Of a stretch of 64,000 nucleotides of DNA, positions 9,151-22,340 are shown piece by piece. The stretch comes from an uncultured Actinomycetota bacterium. Its GTDB lineage: Bacteria > Actinomycetota > Actinomycetes > JAFAQI01. A program made the position numbers and the translations under genes. Numbering within the stretch: position 1 is the stretch's first letter; every line of letters begins with the position of its first letter. The DNA lies in the NCBI GenBank assembly GCA_963770565.1, contig CAVYQE010000001.1:160001-224000 (forward strand), given 5' to 3'. Below the pieces are notes generated by a model. It did not search any database. It was given only the letters and a program-made list of their open reading frames with translations, and was not told the DNA's origin.

Positions 9151-10632
9151 ACATTACGAGTCCCAGATCGACGTCCGCGAGGTCGGGCGCGTCTTGGAGG
9201 TCGGCGACGGCATTGCGCGCGTCTACGGCCTGTCCGGCGTGATGGCCGGCGAAATGGTCGAGTTTCCCAACGGCATGATCGGCCTGGCCTTCAACCTCGA
9301 AGAGAACTCGGTCGGCGTGATCATCCTCGGCGATTTCTTGCAAATCAACGAAGGGGACGAGGTCAAGAGCACCGGCCAGCTGTTGAGCGTGCCGGTCGGC
9401 GACGCCGTGATCGGCCGCGTGGTCGATCCGCTGGGCAACCCGCTCGACGGCAAGGGCCCGATCGTCACCAGCGAGCGCCGGCCCGGTCGAGAGCATGGCT
9501 CCCGGCGTCGTCGCAGCGGCAGCCGGTCCGCGAGCCGCTGCAAACCGGCATCAAGGCCATCGACGCCATGACCCCCATCGGCCGCGGCCAGCGCGAGTTG
9601 ATCATCGGCGACCGCAAGACGGGCAAGACGGCCATCGGCATCGACGCGATCATCAATCAGAAGGATTCCGGCGTGAAGTGCTTCTACGTCGCCGTCGGCC
9701 AGAAGGACTCGACCGTGGCCAACGTGATCGAGGCCCTGCGGCAAGCACGGGGCGATGGACTACACGACCGTGGTCGTGGCCGGGGCCAGTTCGCCCGCCC
9801 CGCTGCAATACGTCGCCCCCTATGCGGGCACCGCGATGGCCGAGCATTTCATGTACAACGGCGGCCATGCCCTGATCGTATACGACGACTTGTCGAAGCA
9901 GGCCCAGGCCTATCGCCAGTTGTCGCTCTTGATGCGGCGCCCGCCGGGCCGCGAGGCCTATCCGGGCGACGTGTTTTATGCCCACAGCCGGCTGCTCGAG
10001 CGGTCGGCCAAGCTCAGCGCCGAGCTCGGCGGCGGCTCGCTCACGTCGCTGCCGATCATCGAAACGCTCGAAGGCGAAGTGTCGGCCTATATTCCGACGA
10101 ACGTGATCTCGATCACCGACGGGCAGATTTATTTGCAGCCCGACCTGTTCTTCCGCGGCCAGCGACCGGCCATGAACGTGGGCATTTCGGTGTCGCGCGT
10201 CGGCGGGGCGGCCCAGATCAAGGCGATGAAGAAGAGTGGCCGGCGGCTTGCGGCTCGACCTGGCCGCGTTCCGCGAGTTGGAAGCGTTTGCCCAGTTGGG
10301 CACCGAACTCGACGCCGGCCACGCAGGGCCGGCTCGATCGCGGCTATCGGATGGTCGAAATGCTCAAGCAGGGGCAGTACTGCGCCGATGGACGTGATCG
10401 ACGAGGTGCTGATGATCTTCGCCGGCACGCGCGGCTATTTGGACAACGTCCCGCTCGAATCGCGTGGCCGAATGGGAGCACGACTTTCTTGAATTTCATG
10501 CGCGATCAGAAGCCGGCGAATCCGCAACAAGATCGTCGAGACGAAGGATCTCGACGACGCCACGATGCCAAGGAATTGGCCGCCGCAATCGGCGAATTCA
10601 AGGCGCAGTTTGCGACGAAGGCGAAGAAGTGA
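9101..10632 (+). CDS. atpA: F0F1 ATP synthase subunit alpha (frameshifted)
   Basis: [44 protein letters not shown]. Confidence 0.97.
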
Positions 10633-10798
10633 ATGACTAATGTCTAATGACGATTGACTAAAGGATGACGAAGCAAGAATGACCAATGGCAAGTGGTAGA
10701 TCGAACTCCGCACGAGCCTGCGGAACAAGGAATCGCGATAACGACCCCCGACCCCCGACCCCCGACCCCTGACCACCCCGACCCCCGACCCCTGACCC
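10633..10798. repeat. Heptamer tracts between atpA and atpG (GAATGAC/CTAATGA-like, then CCCCGAC)
   Basis: gaatgactaatgtctaatgacgattgactaa...; acccccgacccccgacccccgacccctgacc... ending directly at the atpG ATG. Confidence 0.75.
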
Positions 10799-11731
10799 AT
10801 GGCCAAAGCCCGCGCCCTCGACAGACGCCGCAAGTCGATCCGCAACATCCGCAAGATCACGCGGACGATGGAGCTGATCGCGACTGCGCGCTTCAAGAAG
10901 GCGATGGACCGCGCCTACGCCGCCACCGCCTACACCCGGCGCATCACGCAATTGGTCGCCGATCTGGCCCACAGCGGACTGGAAGTCAGCCATCCGCTGC
11001 TTGGAAGGGCGCGAGAAGACCGAGCGGGCGATCTGCTGGTGCTCACCGGCAATCGCGGCCTGTGCGGCGGCTACAATTCGAATGTCGTCCGTATGGCCAA
11101 TGCCCGATTCACCGAACTCAAAGCCACCGTGCCGCAGCGTGCAGATGGAAATCTCCGGCAAGCGGGGCATCTCGGCCTTTCGCTATCGCGGCGTCACGCC
11201 GACGGAAAAGTACACGACGTTCGAGGACAAGGTCACGTTCGCCGAAGTCGATGTCCTGGCCAAGCGTTATCTGGAAGCTTACATCGCCGGCACAGCTCGA
11301 CCGGCTCGACGTGGCCTACACGCGGTTCGAAAGCATCAGCAAGCAAATGGCCGTCGTCGAGACGCTGCTGCCGCTGGGCTCGCTCGCCGGGGCCGATGCA
11401 CCCCGGCCGGCGACAACGATGGCGGTGGATCGGAACAGCGGCAAACAGGCCGCAGCATCCGGCATCCAGTCGCAATACGAGTTTTTGCCTTCGGCCGCGA
11501 GCATCCTCGAAGAGGTCGTGCCGACGAGCTTCAAGGTCAAGCTGTTCAAGTGCTTTCTCGACTGCGGCCGTCAGCGAGCAGATCGCCCGCATGGTGGCCA
11601 TGAAATCGGCCACCGAAAACGCCGACAAGATGATCAAGAGCCTGAGCCGCGCCTACAACCGGGCCCGGCAAAGCCAGATCACCGGCGAAATCATGGAAGT
11701 GCTCGGCGGCGTCGAGGCGCTGAAGGGATAA
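10799..11731 (+). CDS. atpG: F0F1 ATP synthase subunit gamma (frameshifted)
   Basis: SIRNIRKITRTMELIATARF, NRGLCGGYN, SEQIARMVAMKSATENA...NRARQSQITGEIME. Confidence 0.97.
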   Translation: MAKARALDRRRKSIRNIRKITRTMELIATARFKKAMDRAYAATAYTRRITQLVADLAHSGLEVSHPLLGRAREDRAGDLLVLTGNRGLCGGYNSNVVRMANARFTELKATVPQRADGNLRQAGHLGLSLSRRHADGKVHDVRGQGHVRRSRCPGQALSGSLHRRHSSTGSTWPTRGSKASASKWPSSRRCCRWARSPGPMHPGRRQRWRWIGTAANRPQHPASSRNTSFCLRPRASSKRSCRRASRSSCSSAFSTAAVSEQIARMVAMKSATENADKMIKSLSRAYNRARQSQITGEIMEVLGGVEALKG

Positions 11732-11792
11732 GGATGAAGGCGGAAGGATGAACGGATAGGGGCAACTCGGCAACTGACAATCGACAAGCTGA

Positions 11793-13307
<1,515 letters not shown>

Positions 13308-13407
13308 GGCGGAAGGATGAAGGACGAGAGATGAAGGACGAGGGACGAGGGACGAGGGATAAGCGAACTGGCACTTTTGGCGGCGCGTCGGGCGCCGATT
13401 GATGTTT

Positions 13408-13839
13408 ATGGCTGAGAAGCACGATCGCGGCACGCCCGGCCGGCTCGAATGCAGCGTCGTCACTCCCGAGGCGAGCGCGCTGGAGACGACGGCCGATTTC
13501 ATTGCCTTGCCGCTCTATGACGGCGAGATCGGCATCGCCCCCGCCCATAGCCCGTTCATCGGCCGGCTGGGATACGGCGAGATTGCGGGTCGTCGATGGC
13601 GACCGGACGGAGCGCTACTATGTCGAACGGCGGTTTCGTCCAAGTGGCGCAACAACGTCGTCTCGGTGCTGACGAATTACTCCACTCCCGCCGGGCAACT
13701 CGACTCTCAAGCGGCCCGCGCGCAGTTGGCCACGGCGCGGGCCGGCAAGGCGAATTCGCCCGAATTGTTGGCCGAGCGCGCGCGGGCCGAATTGCAAGCC
13801 CGCGCGAAATTGCGATTGGCCGAGAAGGCCGGCCGCTAG
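13408..13839 (+). CDS. atpC: F0F1 ATP synthase subunit epsilon (frameshifted)
   Basis: CSVVTPE, LYDGEIGIAPAHSP, GGFVQV; last gene of operon. Confidence 0.9.
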   Translation: MAEKHDRGTPGRLECSVVTPEASALETTADFIALPLYDGEIGIAPAHSPFIGRLGYGEIAGRRWRPDGALLCRTAVSSKWRNNVVSVLTNYSTPAGQLDSQAARAQLATARAGKANSPELLAERARAELQARAKLRLAEKAGR

Positions 13840-14772
13840 GAGCCTGTCCGAGAACCGGCTTATCTTCCGGCGGCCGTTGCCAAAAGGGGGTCGGGAGTCG
13901 ATTTCGCCATGCAGCCGGTTCGCACTACGGAGCGTTCAGCCGGCGAAATCGACTCCCGACCCCTTTCGCGGCGACCATCTCCCGCCGCGGCCGGTTCGTG
14001 GACAGCCTCCTAGCTAGCGCCCGTCGCGGCCCGCCAACCCCACTCGCACTCACGTAGCGGTGGCTTCCAGCCGCCGTGATACTCCGCGATCCGGGAGCCT
14101 GTCCGAGAACCGCCATATCTTCGGCGGGCGTTGCCAAAAGGGGGTCGGGAGTCGATTTCGCCATGACGCCGGTTGGCACTACGGGTCGTTCAGCGGGCGA
14201 AATCGACTCCCGACCCCTTTCGCGGCGACCATCTCGCGCAGCGGCCGGTTCGTGGACAGACTCCTCGCGCCCGTCGCGGCCCGCCAACCCCACTCGCACT
14301 TACGTAGCGGTGGCTTCCAGCCGCCGTGATACTCCGCGATCCGGGAGCCTGTCCGAGAACCGCCATATCTTCGGTGGGCGTTGCCAAAAGGGGGTCGGGA
14401 GTCGATTTCGCCATGCAGCCGGTTCGCACTACGGGTCGTTCAGCGGGCGAAATCGACTCCCGACCCCTTTCGCGGCGACCATCTCCCGCCGCGGCCGGTT
14501 CGTGGACAGCCTCCTAGCTACGCGCCCGTCGCGGCCCGCCAACCCCACTCGCACTCACGTAGCGGTGGCTTCCAGCCGCCGTGATACTCCGCGATCCGGG
14601 AGCCTGTCCGAGAACCGCCATATCTTCGGCGGGCGTTGCCAAAAGGGGGTCGGGAGTCGATTTCGCCATGACGCCGGTTGGCACTACGGGTCGTTCAGCG
14701 GGCGAAATCGACTCCCGACCCCTTTTCGCGGCGAGCATCCCCTCGACGCGGCCGGTTCGTGGACAGCCTCCT
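13837..14772. repeat. Tandem array (about 3.7 units, 250-255 bp period) of hairpin MITE family 2 plus REP spacer
   Basis: ggagcctgtccgagaacc at 13839, 14094, 14344, 14599; internal inverted repeat ggggtcgggagtcgatttcgcc / ggcgaaatcgactcccgacccc. Confidence 0.9.
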
Positions 14773-14802
14773 GGCCGACTCTCTCGCTTGCGCAGTCACG
14801 GC

Positions 14803-14967
14803 TCAGCGATACGTCATCAAGATCCAGCCGATGGCGAATGCGCAAATGCCGGCCACCAGCATTTGCAACATCTGCCCTTCGGTGATGGTACCCGTCAATT
14901 CCAAAATGCTTCCCAGCGGAAGAAGGATCAACCCGAGAATCTGAAAGAATCGGCCGATGGATCGCAT
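14803..14967 (-). CDS. Small two-helix membrane protein (54 aa; below ORF-track cutoff)
   Basis: Manual translation MRSIGRFFQILGLILLPLGSILELTGTITEGQMLQMLVAGICAFAIGWILMTYR*. Confidence 0.6.
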   Translation of the reverse strand: MRSIGRFFQILGLILLPLGSILELTGTITEGQMLQMLVAGICAFAIGWILMTYR

Positions 14968-15230
14968 TGGAGGCAGGGAGCGGGGGAGCAGGAGCGGGGA
15001 GCGGGGCTGGCGAATCGGAAGCTGCGGGCGTTCAGCGCTGCATATCCGCTATGTTCGCCCGCATTTTATCGGATTGCCCACCCTGCGTAAGAGTTAATCT
15101 CAACGCAGGCGTTGGCGGCGGCCGATTGTCACTTTGTCCGGCCCTCGACTTGAGGCAATTCGATCGACAATGACAATCGTCACGGGCGTGAACGGCCTGG
15201 TGACATGAATTCGGCAGCGAGGAATCCTGC

Positions 15231-15440
15231 ATGTCTCCGCTCGATTTTCAGATTCAGAACGCCCTGCAGCAAAATCCGTATTTCTCGGCCGGGCATCTGC
15301 GATTCGAAATGAGCGAAGGCCGGCTGACTCTGCATGGCACGGTGCGTTCGTTCTTCCACAAGCAAATGGCGCAAGAGTCGCTCCGCAATCTGGCCGGAGT
15401 CGCCGAAATCGAAAACCGCTTGGAAGTCCGCTGGGCCTGA
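15231..15440 (+). CDS. Small BON-domain protein
   Basis: GRLTLHGTVRSFFHKQMAQESLRNLAGVAEIENRLEV. Confidence 0.85.
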   Translation: MSPLDFQIQNALQQNPYFSAGHLRFEMSEGRLTLHGTVRSFFHKQMAQESLRNLAGVAEIENRLEVRWA

Positions 15441-15459
15441 CGGTCGCTCGGTCGATGCG

Positions 15460-15545
15460 GCAAAAGGGGCCGGGAGTCGATTTCGCCACGGCGCGCCGGC
15501 AATTGGCAAACGACCAACCGGCGAAATCGACTCCCGCCCCCCCTT
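15460..15545. repeat. Core hairpin of MITE family 2 between convergent genes
   Basis: ggggccgggagtcgatttcgcc ... ggcgaaatcgactcccgcccc. Confidence 0.75.
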
Positions 15546-15577
15546 GCGCTCGGCCCCTTGCGCTCGGCCACCTCGCG

Positions 15578-15954
15578 CTCATCTCGGACGGGCGCGAGGC
15601 CATCACGGCTTCGCCGCGGTCCCGATAATTCGGCAAGATGGCGCTCAGCCGGCTGATCGACAGCACTTCTTGATTGTCGGGCGAGAGGCCGCAGATCCGC
15701 AGCAAACCATCGTGCGTGTGGACGCGCTTGGAGAGCATCACGAGTTGCCCGATCAGACAACTGCGCAGCAACGTGATCTGATCGAGTTCGAGTACGACGC
15801 GATAGATGAAGTTCTGCTCCAGAATGGCCCACACGGCTTCGGCCAACGGAGGCGCATCGTCCCAAGTTTTTCCTTCGGGCGGATTGACACGCACGAACAT
15901 CCAGTCCGGACCCCGCTCGACATCCAACTTCAATCCCGACGTAGTATCCAACAT
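15578..15954 (-). CDS. STAS-domain anti-sigma factor antagonist (3' end approximate)
   Basis: RVVLELDQITLLRSCLIGQLVML...LRICGLSPDNQEVLSISRL. Confidence 0.85.
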
Positions 15955-16270
15955 GGCCCTGATGCTCCTTTTCCCCCTGGGCTGGCGAGGCGTCTGCCCA
16001 TGCGTGCCATCATAAGCGATTTGGCTCGCATTGCAATGATTTTTCGAAATCCTATCACCGGGCCGGAAGCGGGCATGCTAGCATCCGGCATCCGCATCGT
16101 TGACGTTCCGCGGCGGGGGCCTTAAACTTTGACGGCAATGGGCATCTGGCGGAGCCGGCGGGCGCGGTGACTGCCGCGACGGCCCACCGATCCCTGGAAC
16201 ATCGGAACTCGCCGTCAATCCTGCGGGCAGCGCCGCCCGGTCTCGGCCCTGGAAAACAAGGGGGAATATC

Positions 16271-18343
16271 ATGTCGGCATCGACCGCCAATCTCGAACTT
16301 CTGGCCATCAACACGATCCGCACCTTGGCGATGGATGCCGTCCAGGCGGCCAACAGCGGCCATCCGGGCACGCCGATGGCCCTGGCCCCGGTGGCCTATG
16401 CGCTCTGGAAGCATGTGCTGCGATACGATCCGGACGCTCCGCATCTGGCCCGGCCGCGACCGGTTCGTGCTCTCGTGCGGCCATGCCTCGATGCTGCTCT
16501 ATTCGCTGCTGCACCTGGCGGGCGTGAAGCAGGTCGACGACGCCGGCAGGCCGACCGGCGAGTTGGCCGTGCCGCTGGACCAGATCAAGCGCTTCCGCCA
16601 GTTGCATAGCCGCTGCCCCGGCCATCCCGAGGCCCGCGACACCAGCGGCGTCGAGACGACGACCGGCCCGCTCGGGCAAGGGTTGCGGCAACAGCGTCGG
16701 CATGGCGATCGCCCAGCGCTGGCTGGCGGCTCATTTCAATCGGCCGGGCTTCGATCTGTTCGACTACAACGTCTACGCGTTGTGCAGCGACGGCGACATG
16801 ATGGAAGGCGTGGGCAACGAAGCCGCCTCGATCGCCGGGCATCTGAAGCTCTCGAACCTGTGCTGGATCTACGACGACAATCACATCACGATCGAGGGCA
16901 ACACCGAGCTGGCCTTCGACGAAGACGTCGGCACGCGATTCACAGGGCTCGGCTGGCACGTGATCCACGTGGCCGACGCCAACGACCTCGAAGCCTTGGC
17001 ATGCGGCCTATCAAGAGTTTCGCGCGACCGACGATCGGCCGACGCTGATCATCGTCCGCAGCCACATCGGCTAGGGCTCGCCGCAATCAAGCAAGACACG
17101 GCCAAGGCCCACGGCGAAGCGCTCGGCGAAGAAGAAATGCGGCTGACGAAGGGCGTCTACGGCTGGCCGGAGGACGCCAAGTTCCTCGTGCCCGACGAAG
17201 TGCGCGGCCGATTTCGCCGACGGGATCGTGGCCCGCGGCAAGAAGCTGCACGCCGCGTGGCAGACGCAGTTCGCCGAGTACGCCAAGAAATTCCCCGAGC
17301 TGGCCGCCCAATGGCGAGCAGATGGATCGCCGCGAGTTGCCCGCCGGCTGGGACGCGGGGATTCCCGACGTTTCCGGCCGACGCCAAGGGGATGGCCACC
17401 CGGATTTCGTCGCGGCAAGGTGCTCAACGCGATCGCCAAGCACGTGCCTGGCTGATCGGCGGCGCGGCCGACTTGGCTCCCTCGACGATGACGCTGCTTG
17501 ACGTTCGACGGGGCCGGGGATTTCGAGGCCGGACCATTACGGCGGCCGGAATTTTCACTTCGGCATTCGCGAGCACGGCATGGCCGCCGCGGTCAACGGC
17601 ATGGCGCTCTCGAAAGTGCGGCCGTTCGGCGCGACGTTCTTCGTGTTCATCGACTATCTGCGGCCGTCGATCCGGCTCGGCGCGATCGGCCAGCTGCCGG
17701 TGATCTACGTCTTCACGCACGATTCGATCGGCCTGGGCGAAGACGGGCCGACGCATCAGCCGATCGAGCATCTGGCGGCCGCCCGCGCGATTCCCGAACG
17801 TGGTCATCCTTCGTCCCGGCGACGCCAACGAAGTGGCCGAGGCGTGGCGAGCGATCATGCCGATCACCGATCGTCCGGTGGTGCTGGTGCTCACGCGGCA
17901 GAATCTGCCGACGCTCGATCGGACGAAGTACGGCGCGGCCGCGGGCGTCGCGCGCGGGGCGCTATGTGCTGGCCGACGCGGCCGGGGGCAAGCCCGAGCG
18001 TGATCCTGATGGCCACCGGCAGCGAGGTTTCGTTGTGCGTCGCGGCCCACGAGCAGCTGCGTCAAGGAGGGGATCGCGGCCCGCGTGGTGAGCATGCCGT
18101 GTTGGGAGTTGTTCGAGGCGCAAGACGCAGGCCTATCGCGACAGCGTGCTGCCGCCGGCCGTGACGGCCCGGGTCGGCGTCGGAAGCGGCGAGCGGCTTC
18201 GGCTGGGATCGCTGGCTGGGCCCGAGGGGCGATTCGTCGGCATGAAGACGTTCGGCGCCTCGGCGCCGGGCAGCGCGGCGATGAAGTATTTCGGCTTCAC
18301 CGTCGAGCACGTGGTCGCGGAAGCGAAGGCGGCGCTGGGTTGA
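16271..18343 (+). CDS. tkt: Transketolase (multiple frameshifts)
   Basis: [56 protein letters not shown]. Confidence 0.96.
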
Positions 18344-18441
18344 TCGCGCGGGAAAAGCGAGGGATCCGTTAGGAGTGTCCGGCCTGGGCATGGCGTTCGG
18401 CGGCACGATTCCATCGCTTCCGTCGATTCTCGGCCGAAAAC

Positions 18442-18471
18442 TTGACCCTGGGCTCGAATCGTACTTATAAT
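18442..18471 (+). promoter_or_regulatory. Sigma70-like promoter candidate
   Basis: TTGACC (18442-18447), 18-bp spacer, TATAAT (18466-18471), upstream of the next gene. Confidence 0.45.
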
Positions 18472-18558
18472 GAAGTTCTCGCGGGGTTCGCATCGGGCGC
18501 CTGGTTTCCAGGCCCGGCGATCGGTTTCGATCTTGTCTGCCGCAGAGAGAGGCTTGCG

Positions 18559-19642
18559 ATGTTTCATCGTGTGGGTGGTTCGGTAAAGTTCTGGGCTGCA
18601 TATCCGTATTGGGCTGCTGCTGTTTGCTGGCCGTGATGGCGTTGGGGCCGACGGCGGCCGGGCTGCGGGCGACGCCGCCGGCCGGCTTTCGCCGGCTCGC
18701 GCCGGGGTCGAAACTACGATCCCCCCGGCGGTCGATCCGCACGACACGGTCACTTATCACAACGTCGTCGAGTTGCTCGCCCCGGGCGTCGTGCGCCGAC
18801 CTGGGCTGGACCCCGACCTACACGTCGCCGACCAAAACATTGCAAGCCTTGGCCACGAATCGCCCCTTCCGCAGCACGACCTGGTATCTGGAATTCATTT
18901 TCAAGCCGTTGCGGGTCATTCATGTCGATCTGCCCAACGACAACGGGCGATCTGCAGCGCAAGACCGTCTGGTACATGGTCTATCGAGTGAAGAATATCG
19001 GCGGCCATCTCAAGCCGTTGGAAAAGGCGGCTGCCGAGCCGGCGGTCTGCCGACGGCCCCCGAGGTGGAGGCCGTCAACGATATCGGGGCGCCGATTCAT
19101 TTCTTCCCCAGTTCACGATGGAAGCGAGATCGAAGGGAAGAAGAAGGTCTATCTCGACAAAGTCATGCCGCTGGCCGACGAGGCGATCCGCAATCGCGAA
19201 GACCCGAACCGGCCGCTGCTCAATTCCGTCGAGATCGGCGCCCAGCCGATCAAGCTCAGCACGGCGACCGAGGACAACAGCGTCTGGGGTGTCGCGACCT
19301 GGGTCGATGTCGATCCGCGCATCGATTTTTTTTCGATTTACGTGCACCGGCCTGACCAATGCCTATCGCTGGACCGATCCGCCGGGGGCATTCAAGGCGG
19401 GCGATCCTCCGGCCACCGGCCGCAAATTCACGCACAAGACGCTGCAATTGAATTTCTGGCGTCCGGGGGATGAATTCGGCATGTACGAGGATCAGATCTA
19501 CATCGGTTCGCCCGCCGATAAAGTGACCAAGCCGGCCGATCCGGACAATCCCGCCCTCCGGCGGCAGCCGGCAACGCCGCTCCCTCGTCGGGGGCAGCGA
19601 AATTGGGATAAGATCATTGACTACCGCTGGGTTTTCCGCTAA
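18559..19642 (+). CDS. Hypothetical exported protein (frameshifted)
   Basis: Signal-peptide-like start; coherent segments WYLEFIFKPLRVIHVD, VWGVATWVDVDPRIDFFSIYV, KTLQLNFWRPGDEF, DYRWVFR. Confidence 0.6.
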
Positions 19643-19819
19643 AAGAGGCGATTCGCCGCATGGCTCGCTCGAATGCCGCGACGGGGCCATAATCGGGCCG
19701 AGCGGGTTGCCGTTGGCTACCGGCTAAACGGGCCACTGAATTGCGGCGCTCGATTCGAACCGAAATTCGCAAGCAGTTTTCATTGGCCGGATTCCCCGGC
19801 TCCGACGGAGTATCATGCA

Positions 19820-20072
19820 ATGGCACATAAGAAAGGCCAAGGTTCCAGCCGCAACGGCCGCGATTCGCATGCCTCAGCGGCGCGGCGTCAAGCGTTTTGC
19901 CGGCCAGCAGGTCCGGGCCGGCAATATCCTCGTTCGCCAGGTGGGCAATCGGTTTCATCCCGGCCGCAACGTCGGCCAAGGGAACGGATTTCACCCTCTA
20001 CGCGGTGCCGACGGCGTCGTGATGTTCGATCGCGAAGGGCGCCGCATCAACGTCGTGCAAACCGCGACGTGA
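19820..20072 (+). CDS. rpmA: 50S ribosomal protein L27 (frameshifted)
   Basis: [16 protein letters not shown] and [20 protein letters not shown]. Confidence 0.95.
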
Positions 20073-20184
20073 CGCCCTCCGGCGATCTGCCGCGCCGGCT
20101 GCGATCCAATCGGAGATTATTGCCCCCGCGAATTCGTCTCGCGACCTGAGATGTCGCCGCCTCTCACAGATTGCCTCGTGCGCC

Positions 20185-21184
20185 ATGTTCGTTGACCGCG
20201 TGAAAATCTTCGTGGCCGCCGGCAAGGGGGGCAACGGCTGCGTCAGCTTTCGCCGCGAGAAATTCGTTCCCCGCGGCGGACCCGATGGCGGCGACGGCGG
20301 CGATGGCGGCAGCGTCATCGTGGTGGCCGAAGCCGGCGTCGATAGCCTGGCCGCCCTCGCCCACCGCAAGCATTGGCGGGCCAAATCCGGGCGCGCCCGG
20401 CACCGGCAACGATTGTCATGGCCGAATGCGCCGAGGATCTGGTGATTCGCGTCCCGCCGGGCACGGTCGTCCACGATGCCGACGGCCATTTCCTGCTCAA
20501 GGATCTCGATCGGGCCGGCGAGCAGGTCGTCGTGGCCCGCGGCGGCCGCGGCGGCAAGGGAAACGTGCATTTCAAGTCGGCCACCAACCGCGCCCCCCGC
20601 GAGCATACTCCCGGCGGCGAAGGGGAACGCGCAATCTGATGCTCGAACTCAAGGTGATCGCCGACGTCGGGCTGATCGGCAAGCCGAATGCCGGCAAGAG
20701 CACGCTCTTGAGCCGCCTGTCCCGGGCTCGGCCGGAAATCGCCGCTTATCCCTTCACCACCAAGTATCCCGAATCTGGGCATGGTCGATATCGACCGCGA
20801 CCGCTCGTTCGTCATGGCCGATTTGCCCGGCCTGATCGAAGGGGCGCATGCCGGCGTCGGCCTGGGGCACGAATTCCTGCGGCACATCGAGCGGGCCGGC
20901 ATTTTCGTGCATTTGGTCGAGCCGGTGCCGACCGATGGCAGCGATCCGGTGGCGAATTACCACGTCATCCGCCGCGAACTCGAGCAATATGCCTCCGAAC
21001 TGGGCATCGGCCGGAGATCGTGGTGCTCACCAAATGCGAATTGCCCGGCGCTGCCGAAGCCCAGCCGGCTGCAGCTCGACGAGGCGATCAGGCGGCGCAC
21101 GGCTGCTCGGCGATCGAGCGCCGTGACGGGCCGAAGGGCTCGACCTGGCTGCTGCGGGAGATCACGCGGATGCATCAGATATGA
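20185..21184 (+). CDS. obgE: GTPase Obg/CgtA (frameshifted)
   Basis: [61 protein letters not shown]. Confidence 0.95.
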
Positions 21185-21272
21185 CTTAACGCGAGTTCGG
21201 AGCCGTATCGCCGCGGATGGCCGCTGGAACTCTGATTTTCCGCAGTCGCCGCTCCGCGAAATCCGCGGTGCC

Positions 21273-22101
21273 ATGATCGCCGATCCCGCCACTCCGCTGA
21301 TCGCAATCGACATCGGCAACAGCCGCGATCAAGTTGGGGTTGTTCGATCGGATCGACGCGGCCGAGGGCTTGCCGCTGCCCAGCCGGGTCTTGGAATTGC
21401 CGGCCGATCGCTGGGACGAGGCTCAATTGATGGCCTGGTTGCCCGCATCGCCGGACTGGCCGGAATGGCGCGTGGCCAGCGTGAATCGGCCGGCGGCCGC
21501 GCGGTTGACGGCTTGGATCGGCGCAGCGTGTCGCACGCCCGCCGAACTCCCCCCGCCGCGCGACTGTTGACCGCAGCCGATCTGCCGATCTCGCGGGGAC
21601 TTGGAGCATCCCGAGCGCGTCGGCATCGATCGGCTGGCGGCCGCGGCGGCCGTGAATCGGCTGCGGGCGGCACAGCGGCCGGCGATCGTGGTCGATACGG
21701 GCAGCGCCGTCACGGTCGATCTCGTTTCGGCGGACGGGGTGTTTTGCGGCGGAGCGATCTGTCCGGGGATCGAAATGGCGGCCCGCTCGCTGCACGAATG
21801 CACCGACCTGCTTCCGTTCGTTTCGCTGAGCGAGTTGTCCGAACCGCCCCCCGCGTTGGGAATTTCGACGGTCACTGCGATTCGCAGCGGGCTGTATTGG
21901 GGAGTGATCGGGACGGTTCGCGAGTTGGTCGCGCGGCTGTCGGCCGAGATGCCGAAAGCGCCGGAGTTGTTTTTCACCGGCGGGGCGGCCGCGCATCTCG
22001 TCCGCCCATTGGGCCTCGAGGCCCGCTACGAGCCGCACTTGGTGCTCGGCGGAATTGCGCATGGCGCGACCGTAAACGGTTTTGACGAGGGTGATCGGTA
22101 G
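21273..22101 (+). CDS. coaX: Type III pantothenate kinase (frameshifted)
   Basis: [36 protein letters not shown]. Confidence 0.9.
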
Positions 22102-22267
22102 TGGCGCAGCGTGCCACTGCTTGACGGCTGCCAATCGTAGTTGAGATTCGCCACAGGCCTCCGCGGCAGCCGTCAAGCCGTGCTTCGCCGCCGCACTGCT
22201 TGACGGACGCCGAATAGGGCCGATCTGTCGGCTACGATGACCGCGGCGTCCGTCAAGCAGTGGCACG
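22101..22267. repeat. REP-like inverted repeats gtgccactgcttgacgg / ccgtcaagcagtggcac
   Basis: Two inverted pairs; a half copy also at about 23526-23547. Confidence 0.65.
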
Positions 22268-22340
22268 TGTCGAATTGCGACTTGGGCCTTTGGCAAGAGA
22301 CGAAGCACGACTGTCCCGAGCCGTTCGGAGGGAATTGCCG

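Noticed and set aside
17072-17074. In-frame TAG in transketolase (HIG*GSP) as stop-codon recoding
   Set aside because: Single instance at a position expected to be an aromatic residue; TAG is used as a normal stop elsewhere (atpC, gcvPB). Likely a base-call error.
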